49,516 nucleotides of DNA. Origin: Hormoscilla sp. (GTDB taxonomy: Bacteria; Cyanobacteriota; Cyanobacteriia; Cyanobacteriales; Desertifilaceae). Location: assembly GCA_051439505.1 (NCBI GenBank), contig JBFRWI010000051.1:1-49516 (forward strand), given 5' to 3'. Position numbers and translations under genes: made by a program. Positions 1 through 10,479 of the stretch are shown piece by piece (within the stretch, counting starts at the first letter, position 1; every line of letters starts with the position of its first letter). The notes under the pieces are model-generated. The model worked only from the letters and a program-made list of their open reading frames with translations. It was not told the origin of the DNA and made no database searches.

Positions 1-900
1 GAGTCGATCCTCATCCGCATCCCCCTGCCTGCTTTTTACATGGATGCGACTGATGAAGATAAATGGTTAGTTATAGATGGGCTACAACGGCTGACCGCCA
101 TTAAGCAGTTTGTCATCGATCGCGAACTTAAGCTCAAGGGACTAGAATTCCTTGTTCCCTTTGAGGGCGCAACCTACGAGCAACTACCCCGCAATTACCA
201 GCGTCGCATTAAGGAAACTTTGCTGACCGTCTATCTTATTGAAAAAGGTACCCCTCCTGAAGTTAAGTTTACCATCTTCCGCCGAATTAACCGAGGTGGT
301 TTACCTCTGTCGCCACAAGAACTCCGCCACGCCTTGAATCCGGGAAAGGCGCCCAAACTGTTAGCTAGACTTGCCGACTCCTTAGAATTCAAGGATGCAA
401 CAGGAATTAAAGATTGGCGGAAAAAACGCATGGTGGATCATGAGTTTGTCCTGCGCTTTCTAGCTTTCAATCTTACTCACTACAAAGATTACGATTCTAA
501 AAGTTTAGATGTCTTTCTCAATCAAGCGATGGCCGATCTTAACCAAAAGAAAGATGGGGAAATAGAGTTACTGGAAGCAAAATTCAAGTGGGCGATGATA
601 GCGGCATTTGAAATTTTTGATAAATATGGTTTTCGGAAACGAGAAAAAGCTAATCCTGAAAAAAGGTATTCCCTGAATAAAGCCTTATTTGAAGCTTGGT
701 CCTTTAACCTCAGTCAGTTAGACGAGAAACAGCTGCAAATTCTCAAAGAGCGGAAGTCAGATTTAATCGATAAATTTATCGATCTGATGGAGAACGACGA
801 AGACTTTAGGAGTTCTATCTCTCAGGGTACTAGCACAGTGAGTAAAGTTAAGTACCGCTTTAGTGCCATTGAAAATCTGATTCTCGAATTTTTGTGCTAA
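1..900 (+). CDS. DUF262 (ParB-like/GmrS-type) domain protein, 5'-truncated by the window edge
   Basis: Frame is open from base 1 (ESILIRIPLPAFYMD...). Carries the DUF262 motifs VIDGLQRLT and IFRRINRGGLPLSPQELR. Confidence 0.85.
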   Translation, partial: ESILIRIPLPAFYMDATDEDKWLVIDGLQRLTAIKQFVIDRELKLKGLEFLVPFEGATYEQLPRNYQRRIKETLLTVYLIEKGTPPEVKFTIFRRINRGGLPLSPQELRHALNPGKAPKLLARLADSLEFKDATGIKDWRKKRMVDHEFVLRFLAFNLTHYKDYDSKSLDVFLNQAMADLNQKKDGEIELLEAKFKWAMIAAFEIFDKYGFRKREKANPEKRYSLNKALFEAWSFNLSQLDEKQLQILKERKSDLIDKFIDLMENDEDFRSSISQGTSTVSKVKYRFSAIENLILEFLC

Positions 901-902
901 TA

Positions 903-961
903 GTTCGTAGTAAGCACTTTAGTGCTTCTGGATCGCAAGGACTTTAGTCCTTACTACGAAC
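903..961. repeat. REP-like palindromic element, family A (GTTCGTAGTAAG...CTTACTACGAAC)
   Basis: Terminal inverted repeats enclose the hairpins AAGCACTTTAGTGCTT and AAGGACTTTAGTCCTT. Related copies at 36821, 39462, 40284 and 40477. Lies between convergent genes. Confidence 0.8.
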
Positions 962-974
962 CATATACGAACCA

Positions 975-1568
975 TTAATTGGACACTTCTGCCATTTCAA
1001 TTACGCGACCTTCTAAATCTTTCACTAAGAAATTCAGTGGCTTGTCGCGGCGAATTTTGTGTTTAATCGCCCGCAACTGGACTCGCATCAGCACTTGCTC
1101 GAGACAATCGTGGTCAAAACAGACATGACGCTGGCGATTTTTGGAGCCCAAACTTGCCCCAGAAATTACGTGTAACTGGGTATTTTTTTTCAGATTATAC
1201 CACAAACCATCAGGACGGTCCATTGAGGTAGCAGCCGTGCTGCTAGATGATAAGTATAGAGGATCGATCCCCGTTGCACCTAAAGTTTGCTCGTAGTTGT
1301 AATAGTAGTGTAGGGGGACGTCTGCTACTGGTAAATCTAATAATTGTTCGTAGAACTGTCGTGCTATTTCCAGATCGGAGACCATAATCGTATGTACTTT
1401 CGGCGCACTGCTGAGGAACATCCACATGGCACCTGCATAGGCCATCAGCAGCATTACCATGATTCCCTGAGTAGAAAACAGGCTATCCAGAGGTAGTAAA
1501 GGAAAGAATGAACCTACTGGCAATTCGGGTGGAAATATGTTCCTCATAACACTAGCTGCTAAAACCAT
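975..1568 (-). CDS. Glyoxalase/VOC-fold protein with N-terminal hydrophobic segment
   Basis: Motifs HTIMVSDLEIARQFYEQLL, QLHVI, RHVCF and VKDLEGRVIEM. Confidence 0.75.
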   Translation of the reverse strand: MVLAASVMRNIFPPELPVGSFFPLLPLDSLFSTQGIMVMLLMAYAGAMWMFLSSAPKVHTIMVSDLEIARQFYEQLLDLPVADVPLHYYYNYEQTLGATGIDPLYLSSSSTAATSMDRPDGLWYNLKKNTQLHVISGASLGSKNRQRHVCFDHDCLEQVLMRVQLRAIKHKIRRDKPLNFLVKDLEGRVIEMAEVSN

Positions 1569-1668
1569 GTACTTAAAAGTTAGACAAAGAACCGTTATTT
1601 ACCGCTTGAGTCGCTGTTATCAAAGCGGACGACTAGCGCTATAGTAATTTTAACAATTCACACCGATT

Positions 1669-2478
1669 ATGTGCGCTATGTCAGTTGACCAGCAGTGGCT
1701 AGCTTTAGCGATCGGGAATTCGCGGCTGCACTGGGCAATATTTGTCGGTGCCACCCTGAAAGCAACCTGGGAACTCGACCATCTGCCAGTCGATCGGGAG
1801 ACGGCAATAATTCAGCAATGGGTTGCTGGTGACTGGCCGGAGGCGATTTTTCCACCCAGCTTGGTTCCTTCTTGGCTCACTTCTATTTCCCACTCTCGCC
1901 CCATACCTCTTTATCTGGCTTCCGTTGTTCCCAGGAAAACCCGACTCTGGCAAGCTTATCCGCACGCCCGGGCGATCGCTCTCGAACAATTGCCCTTAAA
2001 AGGACTATATCCTACCCTGGGTATCGATCGCGCCTTAGCTGTCTTGGGTGCGGGAACCGAGTTGGGGTGGCCCGTTCTGGTAATTGATGCTGGTACTGCT
2101 CTGACTTTCACCGCTGCTGATGCCCATCGCCAGTTAGTGGGAGGGGCCATTCTGCCCGGGTTGAGATTGCAATTACAGTCTTTGGCTGCCAACACCGCGT
2201 CACTACCGGTTGTGAATGCTCGGCCCTCTCTACCTACACGTTGGGCCAAGAGTACAGCCGATGCTATTTCCAGCGGCATTGTCTACACCCTCTTAGCTGG
2301 CATGGTTGATTTTATCGCTGATTGGTGCCGGCAGTTTCCCGAGACCGCCATCGCTCTGACTGGGGGCGATCGCGCCACTTTGCTCTCCTATCTTTCTGCT
2401 TATGCACCGGCAATAGCAGCCAAGGTCATTTGCGATCCTCACTTAATCTTCTGGGGCATGCGCTCTATTGTTAATTGA
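1669..2478 (+). CDS. coaX: Type III pantothenate kinase
   Basis: Motifs IGNSRLHW, LGIDRAL, VIDAGTALT, GGAILPG and LTGGD. Confidence 0.92.
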   Translation: MCAMSVDQQWLALAIGNSRLHWAIFVGATLKATWELDHLPVDRETAIIQQWVAGDWPEAIFPPSLVPSWLTSISHSRPIPLYLASVVPRKTRLWQAYPHARAIALEQLPLKGLYPTLGIDRALAVLGAGTELGWPVLVIDAGTALTFTAADAHRQLVGGAILPGLRLQLQSLAANTASLPVVNARPSLPTRWAKSTADAISSGIVYTLLAGMVDFIADWCRQFPETAIALTGGDRATLLSYLSAYAPAIAAKVICDPHLIFWGMRSIVN

Positions 2479-2488
2479 TAAATCTCTG

Positions 2489-2944
2489 CTAAGCGACAGT
2501 AGTCTGACCGTTCAAGTAGTCTTCTAATTGCCGGTTATTATCGTGAGAGAGTTTACCTTCAGGTAGAGATGTCAGCTCAAAAGCCCGAACCTCACTAATT
2601 TCCTTAGTATCCCGAACCTGCATTTTTCCGGTCACTTCCGCTTCTACCGTTATACAAATAGAATGAATTCTGGGGTCGCGGTCTGGTGCTGAATAAACTC
2701 CCAGCAACCGGCTAATTTTCACAACTTCTAGGCCCGTTTCCTCGGCCAACTCTCGCCGTACTGTCGTGGGAATATCCTCTCCCCAGTCTACCAAGCCTCC
2801 AGGCAGTCCCCACAGACCATTGTCACGACGTCGCACCAGCACTATCCGACCATCAGCCAATCTGGGGATGATGGTAGTACCGGTTACCGGGTGACGGAAG
2901 ATCACACCCAAGACTGTTTGTACGAACTGCCATAACCGACCCAT
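2489..2944 (-). CDS. NUDIX hydrolase
   Basis: Nudix box GGLVDWGEDIPTTVRRELAEETGL and RDPR motif. ATG at 2944 preferred; the ORF track starts at 2971. Confidence 0.9.
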   Translation of the reverse strand: MGRLWQFVQTVLGVIFRHPVTGTTIIPRLADGRIVLVRRRDNGLWGLPGGLVDWGEDIPTTVRRELAEETGLEVVKISRLLGVYSAPDRDPRIHSICITVEAEVTGKMQVRDTKEISEVRAFELTSLPEGKLSHDNNRQLEDYLNGQTTVA

Positions 2945-3181
2945 AAGTGATTTGTTAGTTGTGAGAGGCAATCAAGCTGGAAAAAATCGCCAAATATTTT
3001 CAATCTTAGCATGAATCGCCCCCACAGTAGGTCGAAACTTGAGTTATACTAAGAAAATTACCCATTACCCACATGCCGATTTTTCGGACCGTCCGCGGGC
3101 CGATCGGGCAGGATGCACTAGCAACAGCATGATCCCACCCGATAACCAGGCATTATTTTTGTTGTTAAGTTAGAGGTGAAA

Positions 3182-3358
3182 ATGGCCAAGCGCCGCAACC
3201 CCAAGAAAGAAAAGGCGCAGCGTAATCTAGCATACGCCCGCAAATTTCGCAAACGGAAACAGACAGGTCGCTTCTCCAGACGACGGTATGACAGGCAACC
3301 GACAGCAGAGGAAGACGATATGGAAAAGGACTCCTCTTCCTCTGTAGCCAGCACCTAA
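3182..3358 (+). CDS. Small Lys/Arg-rich hypothetical protein
   Basis: GAGG ribosome-binding site before the ATG. MAKRRNPKKEKAQRNLAYARKFRKRK followed by an acidic tail. Confidence 0.6.
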   Translation: MAKRRNPKKEKAQRNLAYARKFRKRKQTGRFSRRRYDRQPTAEEDDMEKDSSSSVAST

Positions 3359-3368
3359 AGCACGGGAT

Positions 3369-4787
3369 CTAACCTCCCGATCCTGTGGCTAAACGATCGC
3401 GCCCTGCTTGAATGGCTTTCCTGACCTGGGAGAGGCCAGTACCGCCGTAACTGTTACGGGCAGCCACGACTTGCCGGGGGGCGATCGCCTGATAAATATC
3501 CGACTCAAAGGCCGGATGGAGGGCTTTCCATTCCTCTAAGCTTAAATCCTTTAGCAGTTTGCCAGCAGCAAGGCTAGTTTTCACAACTGTACCTACGAGG
3601 TTGTAAGCTTCCCGGAACGGAACGCCCCGCGCGGCCAAATAGTCAGCTACATCTGTGGCGTTAGAGAAGTCTGATGCCACAGCTTGTTCTAGGCGTGAGG
3701 TCCGAAATTCTATCCCCTCCTTGAGCAAGATCGTCATGGCTTGCAGACAGGCTTTAACAGTTTTCACGCTGTCAAATAAGGCTTCCTTATCTTCTTGCAG
3801 GTCTTTGTTGTACGCCAAAGGCAGTCCCTTCATCAACACTAGCAGGGCCTGGAGATGACCAAAAACCCGACCTGTCTTACCCCGCACCAGTTCGGGTACG
3901 TCGGGGTTTTTCTTTTGGGGCATAATGCTGGAGCCGGTAGCACAGCTGTCAGAAAGGGTGACAAAGCCAAATTCCTGTGAGGCCCAGAGAATAATTTCCT
4001 CTGATAGACGACTCAGGTGGACCATGATCAAGCTGGCGCTACAACAGAATTCGATCGCAAAGTCCCGATCGCTCACTCCATCCAAGCTGTTACCATAGGC
4101 ACTGGCAAACCCCAATTCCGAGGCTGTATATTGGCGGTCAATGGGAAAGGTCGTCCCCGCTAGGGCCCCACAACCGAGGGGAGAAATATTTACCCGCTTC
4201 CAGACATCACCCAAGCGTTCCCAGTCTCGTTGGGCCATTTCAAAATAAGCCATCAGGTGATGTGCCAAGCTCAAAGGTTGGGCGCGTTGTAGGTGAGTGT
4301 AGCCTGGAATTAAAGTTTCCACATGGACTTCCGCCAGGTCTAGCAATACCTCCTGAAACTGGCGCAGCTGAGTTCTAAGAAGCTCTATTTGATCCCGCAG
4401 ATATAGCCGGGTGTCAGTTCCTACCTGATCGTTGCGCGATCGGGCAGTATGCAGCTTTTTGCCCACATCACCTGCTATTTCTGTCAGTCGCCTTTCTACG
4501 GCCAAATGGACATCCTCGGCATCAATTCCCGGTTGGAATTTTCCTTGCCTGTATTCCGATCTAATTTGCTCCAGTCCCGCTACTAATTGTTCCCTTTCTT
4601 CTGCTGAGATTATCCCCGTACTGGCCAGCATTTTGGCATGAGCCACCGAACCATTGAGGTCATATTCTATCAGCTCTATGTCAAAACCTATGCTAGCATT
4701 AAATTGCTCGATCGCCGGGTGCAGCGCCTTATCAAACCGCTGACTCCAAGTCTTTTCTTCTGGTTGCTGTGGTAATTGATTATTCAA
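3369..4787 (-). CDS. argH: Argininosuccinate lyase
   Basis: Motifs [33 protein letters not shown] and [10 protein letters not shown]. Confidence 0.97.
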   Translation of the reverse strand: MNNQLPQQPEEKTWSQRFDKALHPAIEQFNASIGFDIELIEYDLNGSVAHAKMLASTGIISAEEREQLVAGLEQIRSEYRQGKFQPGIDAEDVHLAVERRLTEIAGDVGKKLHTARSRNDQVGTDTRLYLRDQIELLRTQLRQFQEVLLDLAEVHVETLIPGYTHLQRAQPLSLAHHLMAYFEMAQRDWERLGDVWKRVNISPLGCGALAGTTFPIDRQYTASELGFASAYGNSLDGVSDRDFAIEFCCSASLIMVHLSRLSEEIILWASQEFGFVTLSDSCATGSSIMPQKKNPDVPELVRGKTGRVFGHLQALLVLMKGLPLAYNKDLQEDKEALFDSVKTVKACLQAMTILLKEGIEFRTSRLEQAVASDFSNATDVADYLAARGVPFREAYNLVGTVVKTSLAAGKLLKDLSLEEWKALHPAFESDIYQAIAPRQVVAARNSYGGTGLSQVRKAIQAGRDRLATGSGG

Positions 4788-4795
4788 ATTTACAA

Positions 4796-5011
4796 CTAAC
4801 CTCCATAGGTGGTAAACTTCCGCACTAGATATCCGAGAATGATGCCGAGGATAAAGGCATATACCTGCCCACTTTCAATAAAGTTGTTAAAAGCCTCTTT
4901 AACATTCTCCACCAAGTCAGCATCAGTTTGCTGAGCTAAGACTATTTGTCGCAAGTATAAATGCTGTCCTGAATCACTTCCCTTGATAAATTTATTAACT
5001 TCCATTGCCAC
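4796..5011 (-). CDS. Small hypothetical membrane protein
   Basis: AGGAGGAG ribosome-binding site. One C-terminal TM helix ([14 protein letters not shown]). Tightly spaced between the phosphatase gene and argH. Confidence 0.7.
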   Translation of the reverse strand: MAMEVNKFIKGSDSGQHLYLRQIVLAQQTDADLVENVKEAFNNFIESGQVYAFILGIILGYLVRKFTTYGG

Positions 5012-5023
5012 TCCTCCTGTTGA

Positions 5024-6469
5024 TTATTCACTATTATTAATTCGCATTACCACCAGAGTCATATCATCTGAATTGTCATTGCCCGGACCGATAAAATCAT
5101 ATACCCTATCGAACAGATAATTCAAAATAGTTTCTGGGTCTCTATATTCCTGGCAAGCCGCCTGGAAAGCCGCGATCAAATTATCCTCATCGAAGCGATC
5201 GCCCTTTTGGTTAGGCGCATCGGTAAAACCATCGGTGTAATAAATAATCGTGTCACCCGGTTCCAGACGAGTTTGAGCATCCTCATATTCAGAATCCACA
5301 TCCAGACCGATCAGCATTCCCATTGTATCCAGGCGTTGAATGGTTTTAGTTGCCGCTTGCCACAATAAAGGGGGATTGTGGGCAGCGTTGCTGTAGGACA
5401 GGATCCGAGTTTGGGGGTTATACTCCGAATAGAACAAGGTCACAAATCGATTAGATTTTTCCAAATCGGCGTACATGGCATGGTTCAGGTGCTTGAGAAT
5501 CTGTTCTGGTGAGTGGCCATTCAGGACTTCTGCTCGCAGCATCCCCCGCAGCATAGTCATAATCAAACCTGCGGGAACCCCTTTACCCATCACATCTGCG
5601 ATGGTCACGCTCCAACAGCCCGATTCATTATCCCCACAACATGCCGGTCGTAGAGGATCGTGGCTGACGGGAATGAAATCATAGTAATCCCCTCCGACGC
5701 GGTTAGCCGTCTGGCAGCGAGCCGCCAGTTCTACTCCTTGAATTTTAGGACATTCGTGAGGCAGCAGTTGCAACTGAATTTCCGCACCAATTTCTAACTC
5801 CCGCGAGAGCCGTTCTTTTTTGCGCAGTTCGGCTGAGAGTTCGTCATTTTCAATTGCCACCGCCGTTTGGTCTGCCACCAACCGGACTAACTTCTGGCGG
5901 GTCTCCGTCCAGCTGTATTCCTGGTTCCCGCTCAAGATGTACAGACGTCCCCTTTCCGTTTTCTTGGCCAGAATTGCCGTGCCAAACAGCTGTGTATGGG
6001 GTCCTAAGTAATGTCTCAGTTCCCGATCGAGGACTGCTGATATCTGCGTCGGCTCGACCGGTTCCCCTCCATTGGGAGGTATGAGTTGACGATTGACCGT
6101 TTCCAGGGCTTTGCGGATATCCTGACATTGAACAGTATGGTGGCAATGCATTTGATCTAGCTTCAACTGACCGTTAGGCTTAAACAGCACCAATGCACCA
6201 CCATCGGCATCCGTCACCCGAGATGCGATCAGAGGGATCAATTCCAGAAACTGATTCAGGTTATTGAAGCTGCGCAGGGCAAACCCTAGAGAAATCAACA
6301 AGTCTTGGGTTTTATTCTGTTCGCGGCGCAACCGGGCCACCAGTTCCTTGAGGGCAACAACTGGGTTTTTTTCTGGTGAGGCAATGTCATTGGTGCCGCA
6401 GTGCAGATCGCTCGCACCAGTGTGAGAGTTCTGTTGGTCCGGCTGATATGGAATGGGCAGAGTATTCAT
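5024..6469 (-). CDS. GAF + PP2C/SpoIIE (RsbU-like) Ser/Thr phosphatase
   Basis: Motifs VGGDYYDF, IADVMGKGVPA, NAAHNPP, YTDGFTD and DDMTLVV. GAF-like N-terminal half ends in DQTAVAIEN. Confidence 0.92.
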   Translation of the reverse strand: MNTLPIPYQPDQQNSHTGASDLHCGTNDIASPEKNPVVALKELVARLRREQNKTQDLLISLGFALRSFNNLNQFLELIPLIASRVTDADGGALVLFKPNGQLKLDQMHCHHTVQCQDIRKALETVNRQLIPPNGGEPVEPTQISAVLDRELRHYLGPHTQLFGTAILAKKTERGRLYILSGNQEYSWTETRQKLVRLVADQTAVAIENDELSAELRKKERLSRELEIGAEIQLQLLPHECPKIQGVELAARCQTANRVGGDYYDFIPVSHDPLRPACCGDNESGCWSVTIADVMGKGVPAGLIMTMLRGMLRAEVLNGHSPEQILKHLNHAMYADLEKSNRFVTLFYSEYNPQTRILSYSNAAHNPPLLWQAATKTIQRLDTMGMLIGLDVDSEYEDAQTRLEPGDTIIYYTDGFTDAPNQKGDRFDEDNLIAAFQAACQEYRDPETILNYLFDRVYDFIGPGNDNSDDMTLVVMRINNSE

Positions 6470-6706
6470 CAGACAGCGGTATACATAGGTTTAAGCTTGG
6501 GTTTGATAGTAGTAAACCCAGGTTTTTGTCTTGGGAATATGGGGTGAATTTCCGGCAATACAGCATAGCATCATTTCCTTTAACTTGACTCTCAGAAATT
6601 ATTTCGACGGTCATGGCTGTTGGCAGACAGGAGTTGGTGCTTCTGCTATTGGTGGGAATTTTAGCGAATTCTGAGATGATAACGGTATATATTTCTACCA
6701 GAACTG

Positions 6707-6902
6707 TCTGCTTGACAGAAACGCTCATCTCTGTCAAGCAGATACTGTGGGGTGTGGTCAAAACCCGCCATTGAGTGCATGGGATCTCCGGTGCAGTTCG
6801 ACTTGCGCAAGTCGAACTTCAAGTCGCCGTCGCCCCCCTGGGATGTCACGCGCGTTGGCCCGAATCGCGGACTTTGAGCCTCATTTGCTCGACTGCGAGC
6901 AA
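6707..6902. repeat. Cluster of intergenic inverted repeats
   Basis: 13-bp stem at 6707-6719/6730-6742, perfect 24-bp palindrome at 6795-6818, 7-bp stem at 6885-6902. Confidence 0.65.
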
Positions 6903-6979
6903 TGCCATAATTTTGAATGAGAGAATTTTGAATGGGATGATGTAATACTGTTGGTTGTGGTATGTTTCTACAATCAACA

Positions 6980-8449
6980 TCAGCCGCCGATCAATGCTTC
7001 GACAAACTCATAGCTGGAAAATGGACGCAAATCTTCTATCCCTTCTCCAGCGCCAATAAAGCGAATCGGTAAACCTAATTGTGCTGCTACGGCCAGGGCC
7101 ACGCCGCCTTTAGCAGTTCCATCCAGCTTCGTTAACACTACACCCGACAGGGACGCCACTTCACAGAATACTTCAGCTTGCCGCAAACCATTTTGACCCA
7201 GGGTAGCATCTAAAACTAGCAATGATTCTACCCGGGCGTCGGGGGCTTGTTTATCGATAATGCGGCGAATTTTCCTCAGTTCTTCCATTAGATTTTGCTT
7301 GTTTTGCAATCGTCCGGCTGTATCTATCAGCAGCAGTTCCGTATTCCGGGCGATCGCCGCCGATATCGCATCGAACACCACAGCCGCCGGGTCAGTATTT
7401 TTGCCCTGATTAGCAATTACCTCAGTGCCACTGCGGGTGCCCCAAACCTTTATTTGTTCTACTGCTGCTGCCCGGAAAGTATCGGCAGCGCCAATTAAGC
7501 AGCGATAATCGGACTTTTGAGCTAAGTGAGCTATCTTACCAATCGTAGTGGTTTTACCGACACCATTGACCCCAGTCATTAGCCAGATATTCAGAGTATC
7601 TTTTTGGGGAGCGAAGTTTTTATCATATCCCTTACCACCGGGATTGTCAAGGATATCTCGCATCACTTGCTTGAGGTAGGCGATCGCCGCCTCTGGTGGT
7701 AGCGTCTCCTCTCTCACTTTAACTTGAAGCCTGTCAATAATCCTGTCGCATACCTGCACCCCCACATCAGCAGACAGCAGTAGGGCCTCAATTTCCATCA
7801 CCGCATCTTGATTCAGCGGTCCTTGACCGACAATTCCCTTCAGTTGGTTGATCAAACCCCGACGGCTTTTACCTAAACCTTGCCGCAGTCGTTTCAGCCA
7901 GGTTATTTCCTCGACAGAAACTTCATCTGGACGTCGTCCTTGGGCTTTTAAGACTTCCGCCGACCACAAAAAGCCTTCATCAAAGGCAATTTCTCCGGAA
8001 TTTTCATCTGTCCCCTCAGATGAGCCCGGTTCCGGTTCCGGTTCTGGTTCTGGTTCTGCGATCGCCCGTTCCTTAAGTTCTTCTAGTCGCCCAAGACGTT
8101 CTGACTTAGCCCTTTCTAGGAAAGATTTGGGCTTCTTACTCTCAGAAGCTATCTCTCTGGGCCCTTCCAATGGCGTAGCTACCGCAGCAGGACTTGATGG
8201 TTCGGACGACGTTGCTGATGCTGATGAATCTATCTTCGCTTGCTGAATATTTTCATATGCTGCCTTCGCCCAATTCAAGTTATCTTCTGCGGCTTCTGAA
8301 TTCCCGTCTGAACTAGATATTGCCAACTCTGATGCTGGCGATGAAGTCATTTTTTCTCCCGTTTCTTCAACCTCTGGCTGTTCTACCTTTTTCGATTCTG
8401 AAGATTCCTCAGACCCCTTAACTTGGCGGCGAAACCAATTAAATACCAT
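6980..8449 (-). CDS. ftsY: Signal recognition particle receptor FtsY
   Basis: Motifs GVNGVGKTTT, DTFRAAA, DTAGR and TKLDGTAKGG. Acidic N-terminal domain. Confidence 0.97.
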   Translation of the reverse strand: MVFNWFRRQVKGSEESSESKKVEQPEVEETGEKMTSSPASELAISSSDGNSEAAEDNLNWAKAAYENIQQAKIDSSASATSSEPSSPAAVATPLEGPREIASESKKPKSFLERAKSERLGRLEELKERAIAEPEPEPEPEPGSSEGTDENSGEIAFDEGFLWSAEVLKAQGRRPDEVSVEEITWLKRLRQGLGKSRRGLINQLKGIVGQGPLNQDAVMEIEALLLSADVGVQVCDRIIDRLQVKVREETLPPEAAIAYLKQVMRDILDNPGGKGYDKNFAPQKDTLNIWLMTGVNGVGKTTTIGKIAHLAQKSDYRCLIGAADTFRAAAVEQIKVWGTRSGTEVIANQGKNTDPAAVVFDAISAAIARNTELLLIDTAGRLQNKQNLMEELRKIRRIIDKQAPDARVESLLVLDATLGQNGLRQAEVFCEVASLSGVVLTKLDGTAKGGVALAVAAQLGLPIRFIGAGEGIEDLRPFSSYEFVEALIGG

Positions 8450-8463
8450 TGCCTTTTCCTTTG

Positions 8464-9129
8464 TCAGTTGTCAGTTGTCAGCGTTAAATTTTCACTTCTT
8501 GTTTGACTCTGTTCTTTGGCGAGCAGATTTAGCACCCGACGCAGTACACCATTGATAAATTTGTACTCTTCTTCATTTCCATAGCGTTTAGCTAACTCTA
8601 CTGCCTCATTAATTGCCACCCTTTCATCTACACCTATATACCAAATTTCCACCACTGCCATTCGCAGAATATCCCGGTCAATTTTTGCCAGGCGGTCTAG
8701 TTGCCAATTCACCAAAGCTTTAGAGATGATGCTATCCACCTCAGTTCTATTTCCCTTCACCAGACAGATTATCTCTAGGGCGTAGTCTTGCACTTCTTTG
8801 ATATTGCTAGACTGATAAATTATTTCGGGAAAATCTATTGTACTACCCAGACGGTTGATCGCCGTGCTGGTTAGCGCTATTGCTTCTTTTACCATTGCTT
8901 TCGCACTGGCCAGATTTGGGGCGATCGTTTCACTGTCTATCAGGCGATCGCTCCCCCTTTGGAGTTCCGCCGCCGCCATTTCTAGTGCTGACGATGTTTC
9001 ATTTGCCAGAGTCCGCACAGCTGCTAACATCAGCTCCTGCAACTGTTTTGCTGAGAGTTTTTCTATCTCCCTTGGCATTTGGGACAGGCTCAGAAGAGCC
9101 AGTTCACGAGCTATTTTGCGAGGTTGCAT
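8464..9129 (-). CDS. nusB: Transcription antitermination factor NusB
   Basis: Motifs RKIARELAL, WQLDRLAKIDRDILR, VAINEAVELAKRY and FINGVLR. Confidence 0.95.
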   Translation of the reverse strand: MQPRKIARELALLSLSQMPREIEKLSAKQLQELMLAAVRTLANETSSALEMAAAELQRGSDRLIDSETIAPNLASAKAMVKEAIALTSTAINRLGSTIDFPEIIYQSSNIKEVQDYALEIICLVKGNRTEVDSIISKALVNWQLDRLAKIDRDILRMAVVEIWYIGVDERVAINEAVELAKRYGNEEEYKFINGVLRRVLNLLAKEQSQTRSENLTLTTDN

Positions 9130-9245
9130 GGCCTATTCCCCCTAATAATATCTTCATTGTCTCATACAAATAAACTGCTTTTATCGGATAACAATCAACC
9201 TGGTTTGTCCGAAATCAATTGCTATTCACTATTAATCATCTACCG

Positions 9246-9971
9246 CTATAGTTCCTTTTTTCTCGCTGTAATTGCTGGCTGGTTTTCTAGCAGCGCCGGT
9301 TCTCTTTGGCGCTCTTTTTTGCCTAGTTCTGGCAAGGGTACCGAACTATCGGGGCTAACTATACCACCAGATATTAACACCTTAAAGGCATCTTCAATGC
9401 TAATTGATAACGAAATCGTCTCGTCTTCTGGGACGATCGCATACCAGCCCGTAGTCGGGTTAGGGGTAGTAGGAACAAAAAGCGAGAGCATCTTCTGGGA
9501 GAATTGCGATTTGATGTCGCCACTAATTGTACCGGTAACAAAGGCGATCGCCCACATGCCCGGGCGAGGGTATTCTACCAGCACCACGCCGCGAAACTTT
9601 TCCTTGGAATCCTTCAGCAGGGTTTCCAGCAGCTGTTTGAGAGTTTTGTAAACCGAACCCGCCAAGGGGATTCCCTGCAAAATGCGCTCTCCTAAATCTA
9701 GCAGCCATCGGCCCACAATATTGCGTGCCATCAAGCCAATCAGCAAAATCCCGAGTAGGGGAACAGCCAGCCCCACCAGTAAGTTTAACAAATTTACCAG
9801 GATGGGATGGAGATTGTCAAAGGGATTAAGCTGCTTGGGAAGAAGAGTGAGAAAATTTATTACCCAAGTGGCGATCGTAATCGTCAGCCAGATTGTCGTA
9901 GCTAGGGGGATCACCACCAGCAGACCAGCAATCAGATCGTTTTTTAAGTTCTGCTTGAGATTTTTGAGCAC
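9246..9971 (-). CDS. DUF502 family membrane protein
   Basis: Motifs AGLLVVIPLATT, VLVEYPRPG and FVPTTPNPTTG. GTG at 9971 is the likely start; the ORF track starts at 10016. Confidence 0.9.
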   Translation of the reverse strand: MLKNLKQNLKNDLIAGLLVVIPLATTIWLTITIATWVINFLTLLPKQLNPFDNLHPILVNLLNLLVGLAVPLLGILLIGLMARNIVGRWLLDLGERILQGIPLAGSVYKTLKQLLETLLKDSKEKFRGVVLVEYPRPGMWAIAFVTGTISGDIKSQFSQKMLSLFVPTTPNPTTGWYAIVPEDETISLSISIEDAFKVLISGGIVSPDSSVPLPELGKKERQREPALLENQPAITARKKEL

Positions 9972-10370
9972 AAGTACTTTTATTCTTCCGATAAATGCGT
10001 TTTTTGGTGTTGTCACGACAGCTTGGGAGCATCACCGGGTGACTAGGGGATCTCAGCTTCGGTGGGGATCGGTGTCCCGCCTCGTGACCATCCCAGGTTA
10101 TCAAATATCTTAAGACAATTGCGATCGCCACACCATACATCCGTGACTTTAAACATGGAAATCGAAAGCTTCATCAGATATCTGACATATTTTGACTATC
10201 CATGTTCAACGTCAACAACTGACAGCTGACCGCTAACAACCGATCGCTGACCAGTCAATCGGGTACACTGCTGAGAGCGCAAAAAGACAAGGAGGACAAG
10301 GAGGACAAGGAGGACTTCCGTTGCGGTTGGGTGGGTGAAGTCGGTGAAATCAAAGAATTCTCAAGCCCGC

Positions 10371-10440
10371 AATTAGCAATTAGCAATTAGCAATTAGCAA
10401 TTAGCAATTAGCAATTAGCAATTAGCAATTAGCAATTAGC
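10371..10440. repeat. STRR heptamer tandem repeat (AATTAGC)x10
   Basis: Ten perfect copies. (GACAAGGAG)x3 lies just upstream at about 10286-10316. Confidence 0.95.
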
Positions 10441-10479
10441 GAAGATTGTTGGCTTATTGCAAAAGTGCAGTGTACCCAG

